DNA of 64,000 nucleotides from Mycobacteriales bacterium (GTDB lineage Bacteria; Actinomycetota; Actinomycetes; Mycobacteriales; CADCTP01): NCBI GenBank assembly GCA_035995165.1, contig DASYKU010000065.1, positions 1,633 to 65,632 of the forward strand, read 5' to 3'. Shown piece by piece: positions 32,093 to 40,369 of this stretch (position 1 is its first letter; each line of letters starts with the position of its first letter). The notes under the pieces were generated by a model. It saw only the letters and a program-made list of their open reading frames with translations, ran no database searches and was not told where the DNA came from. The position numbers and the translations under genes were made by a program.

Positions 32093-35000
32093 TGAAGCAC
32101 CGTTCCCACTCCGCGCCTCCGGCGCGGGAGACGGCGCCGGGAATTGCGGCGGCCGGGACTCCGGCGGCCGGGACTCCGGCGGCCGGGACTCCGGCGGCCG
32201 GAGCTGCGGCGGCCGGAACTGCGGCGGCCGGAACTGCGGCGGAGACGCCGGTGCGCAGGTTCCGGGTGCACAGGAGGCGGTCGAAGGTGCTGGCGCTGGC
32301 GGTCGCCGGCGGCACGCTGGCGGCGGCTGTCGTCGGGGTCGCGCTGGCCGGTCCGGGTGGGGCCGGCGCCGCTCCCGCGGCCGGGGCCGACGCCGAGTCG
32401 GCCAACCAGGCCGCGCTGGTGGCGGCGGAGGACCGGCGGCTGATCGAGATCCGCTCGGTCGCCGCGGTGGCGCCGCTGCGCGGCGGCACCGAGTACTCCA
32501 AGCCGTACCGGCTGACCACGGGGTCGGGCTACACCCTGGTGCTGACCTCGCGGTCGGCGCCGTACACGGTCAAGGACCTGCTCACGCTGGCGCCGCAGAC
32601 GTTCGTCCGGCAGAGCGACGGGTCGTACCTGCTGCTGGAGAACCTCTACCTGAACGCCGGGGCGAAGCTCACGCTGTCCAACCCGGGCGGGCTCACGATC
32701 CGGATGGCCAGTGCCAGCACCGGCTACGTCTCGATCGTGTCCTTCGGCGGCGCGCTCGCCTTCGTCGGCACCGAGCAGCAGCCGGTCACGGTCACCAGCT
32801 GGGACCCGCGGACGAAGACGCCGGACACCACGGTCAAGGACGGGCGGGCGTACATCCGCTCGGTCGGCGGCCAGTTCCGGTCCGAGTACCTGCAGGCCTC
32901 GAACCTCGGGTTCTGGAGCGGCCGTACCGGCGGGGTCAGCCTCACCGGCACCGACCGCCCGGACACCGGCTCCACCGAGGGGCCGGAGTCCCACCAGACC
33001 AAGACCGAGCGGCACGCCGGCGCGGACAGCCGGGCCGAGGGCAACGCCGGGCCGGCCCAGCCGGACCAGACCCCGGCCGCGGGTGACGTCTACGCCCAGC
33101 CCTCGGGCAACCTGAGCACCCCGGACACCCGTTTCGGCACCGCGGACCAGTCGTTCGTGTCGGCGAAGATCAGCCACACGACGCTGTCCGGCAACGCGTA
33201 CGGGTTGTTCATCTCCAGCGCGGACGGCATCGAGGTCAGCGACTCCGAGGTCGACCACAGCCTGATCGACGGCGTGATCCTGCACCGCTTCGCCTCGAAC
33301 GGGATCCTGGAGCGGATCACCTCCAGCGACAACGCCGGCGACGGGTTCGTGCTGGCCCGCGCGACCCAGGAGATCCGCATCTCCGGCGCGGTGGCGAAGA
33401 ACAACGGCAACAACGGGATCTCGCTGACCGGCCGGGCGCTGGCCGAGGGGCCGTCGCCGTCCGGCGAGACCGTCGGCGAGTACGGCAACAACTCCGTCGC
33501 CAACAGCACCTTCGAGAACAACAAGCGCTACGGCATCGAGGTCGACGGCGGTGACAACGTCGGGCTGCAGAACAACGAGGTCCGCGGCGGCGACATGGGC
33601 ATCGTCGTGCGGCGCGGGGCCCAGCAGGTGTCGGTGGTCGGCAACCAGGTCTCCGGGCAGGTCCGGCAGGGCATCTCGGTGCGGGACGCGGTCGTGAACG
33701 CGACCGTCACCGGCAACACCGTGGAGAGCTCGCCGCTGGGCATCTACCTGCGCGACTCGTCCGCGACCATCCGCGGCAACACCATCGACCGGGTCACCAG
33801 CCACGGCGTGACGGCGGTGGGCGACGTCACGGGCGCGCAGGTCGCGTTCAACACCGTGTCCGGGACGGGGCCGACGCCGGTCGACACCGCCCGCTCGCAC
33901 GGCAAGATCAAGGTCGAGAAGAACCAGACCGACGCCTGGCACGACACCCGCTCGTTCTGGATCCGGCTGCGGCACGCGGCCAAGCCGATGACGCTGCTCT
34001 GGCTGGGCGTCGTGCTGCTGGTGCTGTTCTCCGCGGTCCGGGCCCGCAAGCTCGGGGCGCGCGGGACGATCCGGCACCCGTACGAGAAGCAGCGGCTGCT
34101 CGACACGACGGACAAGGGGCAGCTGCTGCGGGCGGCGCCGGCCCGACAGCGCGAACCCGCGCTCGTCGGGGCCGGGGCCTCCGCCCCGGGCTGGGACTCG
34201 ACCGGCATCGACCAGGACACCCAGATGCTCTCGGTGGGTGCCCGGCAGGCCGCGTCCGCGCCGGGTCGGCGGTCGGCTGACCGTGTGGTGGCGGACCGTT
34301 CCGGGGCGGACGCGTCCGCCCCGGGCCGGCGGTCCGGCGATCGGGCCGATGCCGATTCGTCGGTGCCGGCGCGGCGGTCCGTCGATCGGGCGGTGGCGAG
34401 TGGTCCCGATTCCTCGGTGCCGGGGCGGCGGTCCGTCGATCGGGCGGTGGCGGACCGGCCGCCGGTCACCGGCCGGGCGGACGCCCGTCCGGGGCTTGAT
34501 GGTGACCGGGTGACCGGGGACCTGGCGGGGCGGCCCGGTGGGGCTGCGCGCGCTGGTGCGGATCGGGCTCCGGCGATGGATGCTCGGTCCGTGGACCCGC
34601 GGCCGGTGACGAACGCGCTGCCCGCGGTCGCGCCGCGGCCGGCTCCGCTGCCGCCGGTCGACGTGCGGCCGCCCGGCGGGGTCGAGGCGCGGCCGACCTG
34701 GTCGCGCCCGGAGCCGGCGCCGGAGTGGAAGCCGCGCTACGAGCGCACGGGTGCCGACCCGGCCGCCGGACCGGTGGACCGGTCGGTCGGCCGCCCGGCC
34801 GACCGCCTCTCGGACCTGCTCGCCGAGCGCCCCGGCGCCCGGCGCAGCGCCGAGCCGCAGCCGGACCTGGGACCCGGCCGTCCCGGCGCGCGGCGGGCGA
34901 CCGACTCGCAGCCGGACCTGTTCGGGGCGGGGCGGACCAGTGACCCGTCGCCCGAGCGGCTGTCGGACCTGCTGGCCGAGCGGCCGGTCACCCGGAGGGA

Positions 35001-35442
35001 GGACCGGACCGAGTGGCTGCCGCGGACGGGTGGCGCGCTGCCGGCGCCGTCCTCGGACGCGCCGAACCTGGTGATCGGGCGGACCGGCGAGCCCGGCCCG
35101 GCGCACCCGTCCAACGGTCTCGGTATCCCGGCGGCGAGCCCGTCGAACGGCGCCGGCCGGTCCGGGCACCCGTCAAGTGGATCCGGCCTGTCCGGGCATT
35201 CGTCAGATGGATCCGGCCTGTCCGGGCACCCGTCAGATGGATCCGGCCTGTCCGGTCATCCGTCGAACGGCGCCGGCCTGCCGGTGCACCCGTCGAACGG
35301 GCACGGTCTGCCGCCGTACGAGGAGGACGCGACCACCACGCTGCGGCGGCCGGAGCCGGCGTACCACGAGGACGCGACGACCGTGCTCCCCCGCCCGCGC
35401 CGGTCGGCCGAGGACGGGCCGTGGCAGGAGGAGCGGCCGTGA
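32092..35442 (+). CDS. Two-TM membrane protein with an extracytoplasmic right-handed parallel beta-helix (PbH1/CASH) domain and a roughly 467-aa disordered cytoplasmic tail
   Basis: The ATG at 32092 shares one nucleotide with the GT2 stop (cTGATGaag). TM1 is VLALAVAGGTLAAAVVGVALAG. The beta-helix repeats read NAYGLFISSADGIEVSDSEV / NGISLTG / NKRYGIEVDGGDNVGLQNNEV / GISVRDAV / LGIYLRDSSATIRGN. TM2 is PMTLLWLGVVLLVLFSAV (about 33985-34040). After that the sequence is Pro/Arg/Asp/Gly-rich repeats to the stop. It forms the 3' part of track ORF 30787..35442. Confidence 0.8.
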   Translation: MKHRSHSAPPARETAPGIAAAGTPAAGTPAAGTPAAGAAAAGTAAAGTAAETPVRRFRVHRRRSKVLALAVAGGTLAAAVVGVALAGPGGAGAAPAAGADAESANQAALVAAEDRRLIEIRSVAAVAPLRGGTEYSKPYRLTTGSGYTLVLTSRSAPYTVKDLLTLAPQTFVRQSDGSYLLLENLYLNAGAKLTLSNPGGLTIRMASASTGYVSIVSFGGALAFVGTEQQPVTVTSWDPRTKTPDTTVKDGRAYIRSVGGQFRSEYLQASNLGFWSGRTGGVSLTGTDRPDTGSTEGPESHQTKTERHAGADSRAEGNAGPAQPDQTPAAGDVYAQPSGNLSTPDTRFGTADQSFVSAKISHTTLSGNAYGLFISSADGIEVSDSEVDHSLIDGVILHRFASNGILERITSSDNAGDGFVLARATQEIRISGAVAKNNGNNGISLTGRALAEGPSPSGETVGEYGNNSVANSTFENNKRYGIEVDGGDNVGLQNNEVRGGDMGIVVRRGAQQVSVVGNQVSGQVRQGISVRDAVVNATVTGNTVESSPLGIYLRDSSATIRGNTIDRVTSHGVTAVGDVTGAQVAFNTVSGTGPTPVDTARSHGKIKVEKNQTDAWHDTRSFWIRLRHAAKPMTLLWLGVVLLVLFSAVRARKLGARGTIRHPYEKQRLLDTTDKGQLLRAAPARQREPALVGAGASAPGWDSTGIDQDTQMLSVGARQAASAPGRRSADRVVADRSGADASAPGRRSGDRADADSSVPARRSVDRAVASGPDSSVPGRRSVDRAVADRPPVTGRADARPGLDGDRVTGDLAGRPGGAARAGADRAPAMDARSVDPRPVTNALPAVAPRPAPLPPVDVRPPGGVEARPTWSRPEPAPEWKPRYERTGADPAAGPVDRSVGRPADRLSDLLAERPGARRSAEPQPDLGPGRPGARRATDSQPDLFGAGRTSDPSPERLSDLLAERPVTRREDRTEWLPRTGGALPAPSSDAPNLVIGRTGEPGPAHPSNGLGIPAASPSNGAGRSGHPSSGSGLSGHSSDGSGLSGHPSDGSGLSGHPSNGAGLPVHPSNGHGLPPYEEDATTTLRRPEPAYHEDATTVLPRPRRSAEDGPWQEERP
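32143..32247 (+). repeat. Seven tandem 15-bp repeats (consensus actccggcggccggg) encoding (A/T)(P/A)AAG pentapeptides
   Basis: I counted the units by hand: 32143, 32158, 32173, 32188, 32203, 32218 and 32233. They are in frame within the cytoplasmic N-terminus of the beta-helix protein. Confidence 0.9.
35101..35310 (+). repeat. Seven tandem 30-bp repeats encoding decapeptides resembling SGHPSDGSGL
   Basis: The units begin every 30 nt from 35101. The three central copies (35161-35250) are nearly identical: tccgggcayycgtcaratggatccggcctg. They are in frame in the C-terminal tail of the beta-helix protein. Confidence 0.9.
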
Positions 35443-36569
35443 GGCGTACCGCAGCTGTGGCCGCGCTCGCCGTGGTCGCCCTGGCTGTCGCCGGGTGCGG
35501 TGGTTCCGACGACGGCAGCTCCGCCGCGGGGACCCCGACGCCGTCCGGGGACGCCTCCCTGGGCGTGTCCGGCGGGGTCGCCGGGCCGTCCGCCAGCCCG
35601 ACCAAGAAGAAGGACAAGGGCGACGACGAGTCCACTTCCCCCGTCCCCGACGCGCCGGCGGCCCCGCCGCCGGACCCGGGCCCGGTGAAGTGCCCGGGCG
35701 CCACGGTGACGGTCTCCAGCGCCGACGACCTGACCACGGCGCTGGAGAACGCGCAGCCGGGCGACAGCATCGCGCTGGCCGACGGCACGTACACCGGCAA
35801 GTTCGTGACGACGAAGTCCGGCACCCAATCGGCGCCGATCTTCCTCTGCGGCGGCTCCGGCGCGGTGATCGACGGCGGCGGCGTCAAGGAGGGCTACGGC
35901 TTCCACCTCGACGGCGCGAGCTGGTGGCGGCTGGTCGGCTTCTCCGTCCAGAACGCGCAGAAGGGCGTCGTCGCCGACAAGTCCCAGCACTCGATCATCC
36001 AGGGCCTGACCGTGCACGACATCGGCGACGAGGGCATCCACCTGCGGGCGTTCTCCTCGGACAACCTCGTCGTCGGCAACACCGTGCACGACACCGGCAA
36101 GCGGCGGGAGAAGTTCGGCGAGGGGATCTACGTCGGGTCGGCCGTCTCGAACTGGCCGACCTACTCCCAGGGCGGGCCGGACCGCAGCGACCGCAACGTC
36201 GTACGCGGCAACTCGATCTCCGCGACCACCGCCGAGTCCGTCGACATCAAGGAGGGCACCAGCAGCGGCGTCCTGGTCGGCAACGTCTTCGACGGCTCGG
36301 CGCTGACCGACGAGGGCGGCGACTCCTGGGTCGACGTCAAGGGCAACAGCTGGCTGATCGAGGACAACCGGGGCTCGAACTCGCCGGTCGACGGGTTCCA
36401 GACCCACAACGTCGCCGACGGCTGGGGCACCGGCAACGTGTTCAAGGGCAACACCGCCACCGGCGTCAAGGACTACGGCATCGCGCTCAAGCCGGTGCTG
36501 GGCAACAAGGTCGCCTGCGACAACAAGGCGTCCGGCGGCAAGGGCCTGGCCAACGTGACCTGCGCCTGA
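35439..36569 (+). CDS. Secreted lipoprotein with a parallel beta-helix, polysaccharide lyase-like (PL6 / chondroitinase-B-like N-terminal motif)
   Basis: The GTG at 35439 overlaps the upstream stop (GTGA). The signal and lipobox read VRRTAAVAALAVVALAVAGCGG. The sequence LENAQPGDSIALADGTYTGKF is followed by repeats GIHLRAFSSDNLVVGNTVHD, GEGIYVGS, SVDIKEG and NVFKGN. I trimmed it from track ORF 35013..36569. Confidence 0.75.
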   Translation: MRRTAAVAALAVVALAVAGCGGSDDGSSAAGTPTPSGDASLGVSGGVAGPSASPTKKKDKGDDESTSPVPDAPAAPPPDPGPVKCPGATVTVSSADDLTTALENAQPGDSIALADGTYTGKFVTTKSGTQSAPIFLCGGSGAVIDGGGVKEGYGFHLDGASWWRLVGFSVQNAQKGVVADKSQHSIIQGLTVHDIGDEGIHLRAFSSDNLVVGNTVHDTGKRREKFGEGIYVGSAVSNWPTYSQGGPDRSDRNVVRGNSISATTAESVDIKEGTSSGVLVGNVFDGSALTDEGGDSWVDVKGNSWLIEDNRGSNSPVDGFQTHNVADGWGTGNVFKGNTATGVKDYGIALKPVLGNKVACDNKASGGKGLANVTCA

Positions 36570-36594
36570 CCCCGGTACGCCCCGCAGCTGCCGT

Positions 36595-36620
36595 CCGGCG
36601 CGGACCCCCGCCCGCGCCGG
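36595..36620 (+). terminator. Short GC hairpin (ccggcgcgg / ccgcgccgg) between the lyase-like gene and ugd; possible partial terminator or attenuator
   Basis: 9-bp perfect arms with an 8-nt loop and no U-tract. Confidence 0.25.
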
Positions 36621-36701
36621 GCGGCATCCCCTTCCCTTTCCGGAACCAGTACCGCCCGCGGCACCCCGCGGCGCGGTCCGTCCACAGTGGAGAGACGACA
36701 G

Positions 36702-38030
36702 ATGACCCAGACCCTGCCCCGGCTGACGGTGCTCGGCACCGGCTACCTCGGCGCGACGCACGCCATCTGCATGGCCGTGCTCGGCTACGAGGTTCTCGGC
36801 CTCGACGTCGACGAGTCGAAGGTCGCGAAGCTCAACGCCGGTGAGGTCCCGTTCTTCGAGCCCGGGCTGCCCGAGCAGCTGGCCAAGGCGCTGGAGTCGG
36901 GCCGGCTGCGGTTCACCACCTCGTACGAGGAGGCCGCGGCGTTCGGCGACGTGCACTTCGTCTGCGTCGGCACGCCGCAGCAGAAGGGCTCGCACGCGGC
37001 CGACATGACCTACGTCGACGCGTCGGTCCGGGCGCTGGCGCCGCACCTGACCCGGCGCGTGCTGGTGGTCGGCAAGTCGACGGTCCCGGTCGGCACCGCG
37101 GCCCGGCTGACCGCGCTGGTGACGGAGCTCGCGCCGGCCGGCGACGAGGTCGAGCTGGCCTGGAACCCGGAGTTCCTGCGCGAGGGCTACGCCGTCGACG
37201 ACACGATGAAGCCGGACCGGCTGGTCTTCGGCGTCCGGTCGGAATGGGCCTCGGAGCAGCTGCACGCGGCGTTCCGGCCGATCGTGGACGCCGGCACCCC
37301 GGTGGTCGTGACCGACCTGGCCACGGCCGAGCTGGTCAAGGTGGCCGCGAACTCGTTCCTGGCCACCAAGATCTCCTACATCAACGCGATGGCCGAGGTC
37401 TGCGAGACCGTCGGCGCCGACGTGCGGGACCTGGCCAGGGCGCTGGCCCACGACGACCGCATCGGCGGCCGGTTCCTGCACCCGGGGCTCGGCTTCGGCG
37501 GCGGCTGCCTGCCCAAGGACATCCGCGCGTTCATGGCCCGGGCCGAGGAGCTCGGCGCCGGGCAGGCGGTCGGTTTCCTGCGCGAGGTCGACGCGATCAA
37601 CCTGCGCCGGCGGGCCCGGATGGTGGACCTGGTCCGCGAGCAGGTCGACGGCTCGTTCGAGGGCAAGCGGGTGGCCGCGTTCGGCGCCGCGTTCAAGCCG
37701 AACTCCGACGATATCCGCGACTCCCCCGCGCTCGACGTCGCCGCCACCATGCACGGCCTCGGCGCGACCGTGACCGTGTACGACCCGGCCGCGAACGAGA
37801 ACGCCCGCCGGCAGCACCCGGAGCTCCGGTACGGCACCAGCGCGCTGGACGCCGCCCGGGACGCCGACGCCGTCGTGCTGCTGACCGAGTGGTCGGACTT
37901 CCGGCAGATCGACCCGGAGCTGCTCGGCCGGACCGTCGCCCGGCGGCGGATCGTGGACGGGCGGGACGCGCTGGACGGGGCGGCCTGGCGGGCCGCGGGC
38001 TGGTCGTACCGCGCCCTCGGCCGCCCGTAG
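36702..38030 (+). CDS. ugd: UDP-glucose 6-dehydrogenase
   Basis: I prefer the ATG at 36702, preceded by the RBS GGAGAG, over the track start at 36687. The NAD motif VLGTGYLGATHA and the catalytic Cys motif GFGGGCLPKD are present. It strongly resembles actinobacterial UdgA in the UDP-glucose/GDP-mannose dehydrogenase family. The substrate is inferred. Confidence 0.85.
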   Translation: MTQTLPRLTVLGTGYLGATHAICMAVLGYEVLGLDVDESKVAKLNAGEVPFFEPGLPEQLAKALESGRLRFTTSYEEAAAFGDVHFVCVGTPQQKGSHAADMTYVDASVRALAPHLTRRVLVVGKSTVPVGTAARLTALVTELAPAGDEVELAWNPEFLREGYAVDDTMKPDRLVFGVRSEWASEQLHAAFRPIVDAGTPVVVTDLATAELVKVAANSFLATKISYINAMAEVCETVGADVRDLARALAHDDRIGGRFLHPGLGFGGGCLPKDIRAFMARAEELGAGQAVGFLREVDAINLRRRARMVDLVREQVDGSFEGKRVAAFGAAFKPNSDDIRDSPALDVAATMHGLGATVTVYDPAANENARRQHPELRYGTSALDAARDADAVVLLTEWSDFRQIDPELLGRTVARRRIVDGRDALDGAAWRAAGWSYRALGRP

Positions 38031-38035
38031 GACCT

Positions 38036-38129
38036 CGCGCGACGGCGGCAGCGCCCCCCGCCCGCCGCCGTCGCGCGAACACCGCCGGACCCGCGGCGGC
38101 ACCCCGGTCCGGGTGCCGCCGCGGTCCGG
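38036..38129 (+). terminator. Two consecutive strong GC stem-loops after ugd
   Basis: Hairpin 1 has perfect 14-bp arms, cgcgcgacggcggc (38036-38049) and gccgccgtcgcgcg (38064-38077). Hairpin 2 spans 38085-38129 with a 7+12-bp stem and one bulge. Confidence 0.55.
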
Positions 38130-38242
38130 TCACGGGCGGGGACCGGTTACAGCACTCCTGGGCAGTCCTTCTGCGCGACCGCGCAGAGTCCGGCGGCGGT
38201 GCCGACCGGGCCCGCCGAGCCCGACGTCGGTAACCTCGCCCG

Positions 38243-40120
38243 GTGGCCGACCCCGTCTTCGAGGCATTCTGTTCCGACGGGCTCTGGCCGGGGCTCGGGC
38301 GCACCCTCGGTGAGGCGCTGCCGGCGGCCGGGATCACCGCCCCCGAGGACGTCACCGCGGCGAAGCTCGCGAACCTCCCCAAGGTCGGCACGATCCGGGC
38401 CGGCCGGCTGCTGTCCGGCTGGATCGGCGCCGCCCACGTGTACGAGGTGGCCCAGCTCGTCGTCCCGGCCGGGCTGCGGGCCCGGGTCGCGAGCCGGGCG
38501 GTGGACGCGTTCGGCGACGACGCCGCCCGGCGGCTGCGGGACGACCCCTGGCGGCTGCTGGAGCTGCCCGACGTCCGGATCGTGGAGGCCGACCGGGTCG
38601 CGGTCTCGGCCCTGCCCGGGGTCCGGCGGGACGACCCGCGCCGCGGCCGGGCCCTGGTCGCGTACGCGTTGAACCGGGCCGCCCGCGACGGCCACACCGT
38701 CCAGCCGATCGAGCTCGTGCTGGCCGCGCTGCAGGCGGAGGCCGTGACCGACCCGCCGGGCGCGATCGCGGCCGCGATCGAGGCCGGCACCGTGCACGAG
38801 GCCGACGGGACGCTGGCGCTGCAGCGGCTGGCGATGGCGGAGGAGTCGGTGGCCGAGGCGATCGCCCGGCTGACCGCGACCGCCGAGCCGATCACGAACG
38901 CCGACGGCGGGGCGGCGCTGGACGAGCTGGACGAGACCCAGCGCGGCGCGGTCGAGGCGGTGCTCACCCACGGCGTGAGCGTGCTGACCGGCGGCCCCGG
39001 CACCGGCAAGAGCCGTACGGTGGCCGTGCTGGTCCAGCTGGCCGAGAAGCAGGGCGTCACGGTCGCGCTGGCCGCGCCGACCGGCCGGGCGGCCAAGCGG
39101 CTGGAGGAGCTCGGCGACTCCCCCGCCGCGACCCTGCACCGGCTGCTCGGGGCGCAGGGCCGGACCGGGACGTTCGCCCGCGGCGAGGAGTGGCCGCTGG
39201 ACGCGTCGCTCGTGGTCGTCGACGAGACCTCGATGCTCGACGTGGAGCTGGCCGCCGCGCTGCTGGAGGCCTGCGCCGACGGGACCCACCTGCTGCTGGT
39301 CGGCGACCCGGCCCAGCTGCCCTCGATCGGGCCCGGCCGGGTGCTGGCCGACCTGGTCGACTCGGGCACGGTGCCGGTGGTCGAGCTGACCACGCTCTAC
39401 CGGCAGGCCGCCGGCGGCGCGATCGCCCGGCTGGCCACCGGCGTCCGCGGCGGCACCCTGCCGCCGGTGGACGATCCGGACAAGGAGGTCGTGCTGGTGC
39501 CGGCCACCGGGGCGGCCGAGGCCGCGCACCGGGTCGTGCAGCTGGTCACCGACTCGATCCCGCGGGTGCTCGGCATCCCGGCCGACGACGTGCAGGTGGT
39601 GACCCCGGTGCACAAGGGGCCCGCGGGCACGCTGGAGCTGAACAAGGCGCTGAAGGGCAAGCTCAACCCGGGCCGGGGCACCGTCTCCGGCTTCGACCCG
39701 GGCGACCGGGTGGTCGCGACCGCGAACCACCTCGAGGCCGAGCCGACCGGGTACGCCAACGGCGAGGTCGGCATGGTGTCCGCGGCCAAGGACGGCACCG
39801 TGACCGTCGAGTTCGCGTCCGGGCCGGCCAACGTGACCGGCCGCGCGCTGGCCGACCTCCGGCACGGCTGGGCCGTCACCGTGCACCGGGCCCAGGGCTC
39901 GGAATGGCCGGCGGTGGTGGCCGTACTGCCCCCGGAGGCGGGCGGGATGCTGTCCCGGCCGCTGGTCTACACCGCGCTGACCAGGGCGCAGCGGCACCTG
40001 TCGGTGGTGCCGGCGGTCGGCCCGGCGCTGGCCCGGGCGGTCCGCGACGTCGGCGCCCGGCCCCGGCGGACCCGGCTGCGGGAGCTGCTGGCGGGAGAAC
40101 TTCAGGACTCCGACGGCTGA
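38243..40120 (+). CDS. RecD2/TraA-family SF1 DNA helicase
   Basis: 625 aa. Walker A GGPGTGKS, motif II VVVDETSMLD, LVGDPAQLPSIGPG, an SH3-like insertion, and the C-terminal motifs TVHRAQGSEW and LVYTALTRA. Confidence 0.85.
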   Translation: MADPVFEAFCSDGLWPGLGRTLGEALPAAGITAPEDVTAAKLANLPKVGTIRAGRLLSGWIGAAHVYEVAQLVVPAGLRARVASRAVDAFGDDAARRLRDDPWRLLELPDVRIVEADRVAVSALPGVRRDDPRRGRALVAYALNRAARDGHTVQPIELVLAALQAEAVTDPPGAIAAAIEAGTVHEADGTLALQRLAMAEESVAEAIARLTATAEPITNADGGAALDELDETQRGAVEAVLTHGVSVLTGGPGTGKSRTVAVLVQLAEKQGVTVALAAPTGRAAKRLEELGDSPAATLHRLLGAQGRTGTFARGEEWPLDASLVVVDETSMLDVELAAALLEACADGTHLLLVGDPAQLPSIGPGRVLADLVDSGTVPVVELTTLYRQAAGGAIARLATGVRGGTLPPVDDPDKEVVLVPATGAAEAAHRVVQLVTDSIPRVLGIPADDVQVVTPVHKGPAGTLELNKALKGKLNPGRGTVSGFDPGDRVVATANHLEAEPTGYANGEVGMVSAAKDGTVTVEFASGPANVTGRALADLRHGWAVTVHRAQGSEWPAVVAVLPPEAGGMLSRPLVYTALTRAQRHLSVVPAVGPALARAVRDVGARPRRTRLRELLAGELQDSDG

Positions 40121-40152
40121 CTTCCGGGTGACACAGGGGCAGAATCGCCGGC

Positions 40153-40365
40153 ATGTCACCCGCAACCGCGGAGTACGAATACGTGCCGGTGCGCATCCCT
40201 CCCGGCATCGACCGCGGCACCGCCGCGGTCCAGCTCTCCCTGCACGCCGAGTACGGCGGCTGGGAACTGTCGACCGTCCGGCTGCACGCCGACGGCACCC
40301 GTCAGGTGACCCTGCGGCGACGCCGCTCCAGCGGGCGGGTCCCCCTCCCGCGCCCCGCCCTGTAG
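40153..40365 (+). CDS. DUF5703 family small protein
   Basis: 70 aa: EYEYVPVRIPPGIDRGTAAVQLSLHAEYGGWELSTVRLHADGTRQVTLRRRR. Confidence 0.7.
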   Translation: MSPATAEYEYVPVRIPPGIDRGTAAVQLSLHAEYGGWELSTVRLHADGTRQVTLRRRRSSGRVPLPRPAL

Positions 40366-40369
40366 CTCG

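Noticed and set aside
32092-34000. Calling the membrane beta-helix protein a mannuronan/glucuronan C5-epimerase
   Set aside because: The beta-helix fold and operon context are suggestive. However, I could not find the AlgG/AlgE-type DPHD/DPHE catalytic motif, so I annotate only the fold class.
32143-35310. The tandem 15-bp and 30-bp repeat arrays considered as possible CRISPR or VNTR intergenic arrays
   Set aside because: The repeats are contiguous with no unique spacers. Their unit lengths are multiples of 3, and they lie in frame inside a long coding sequence. They are coding peptide repeats, not CRISPR.
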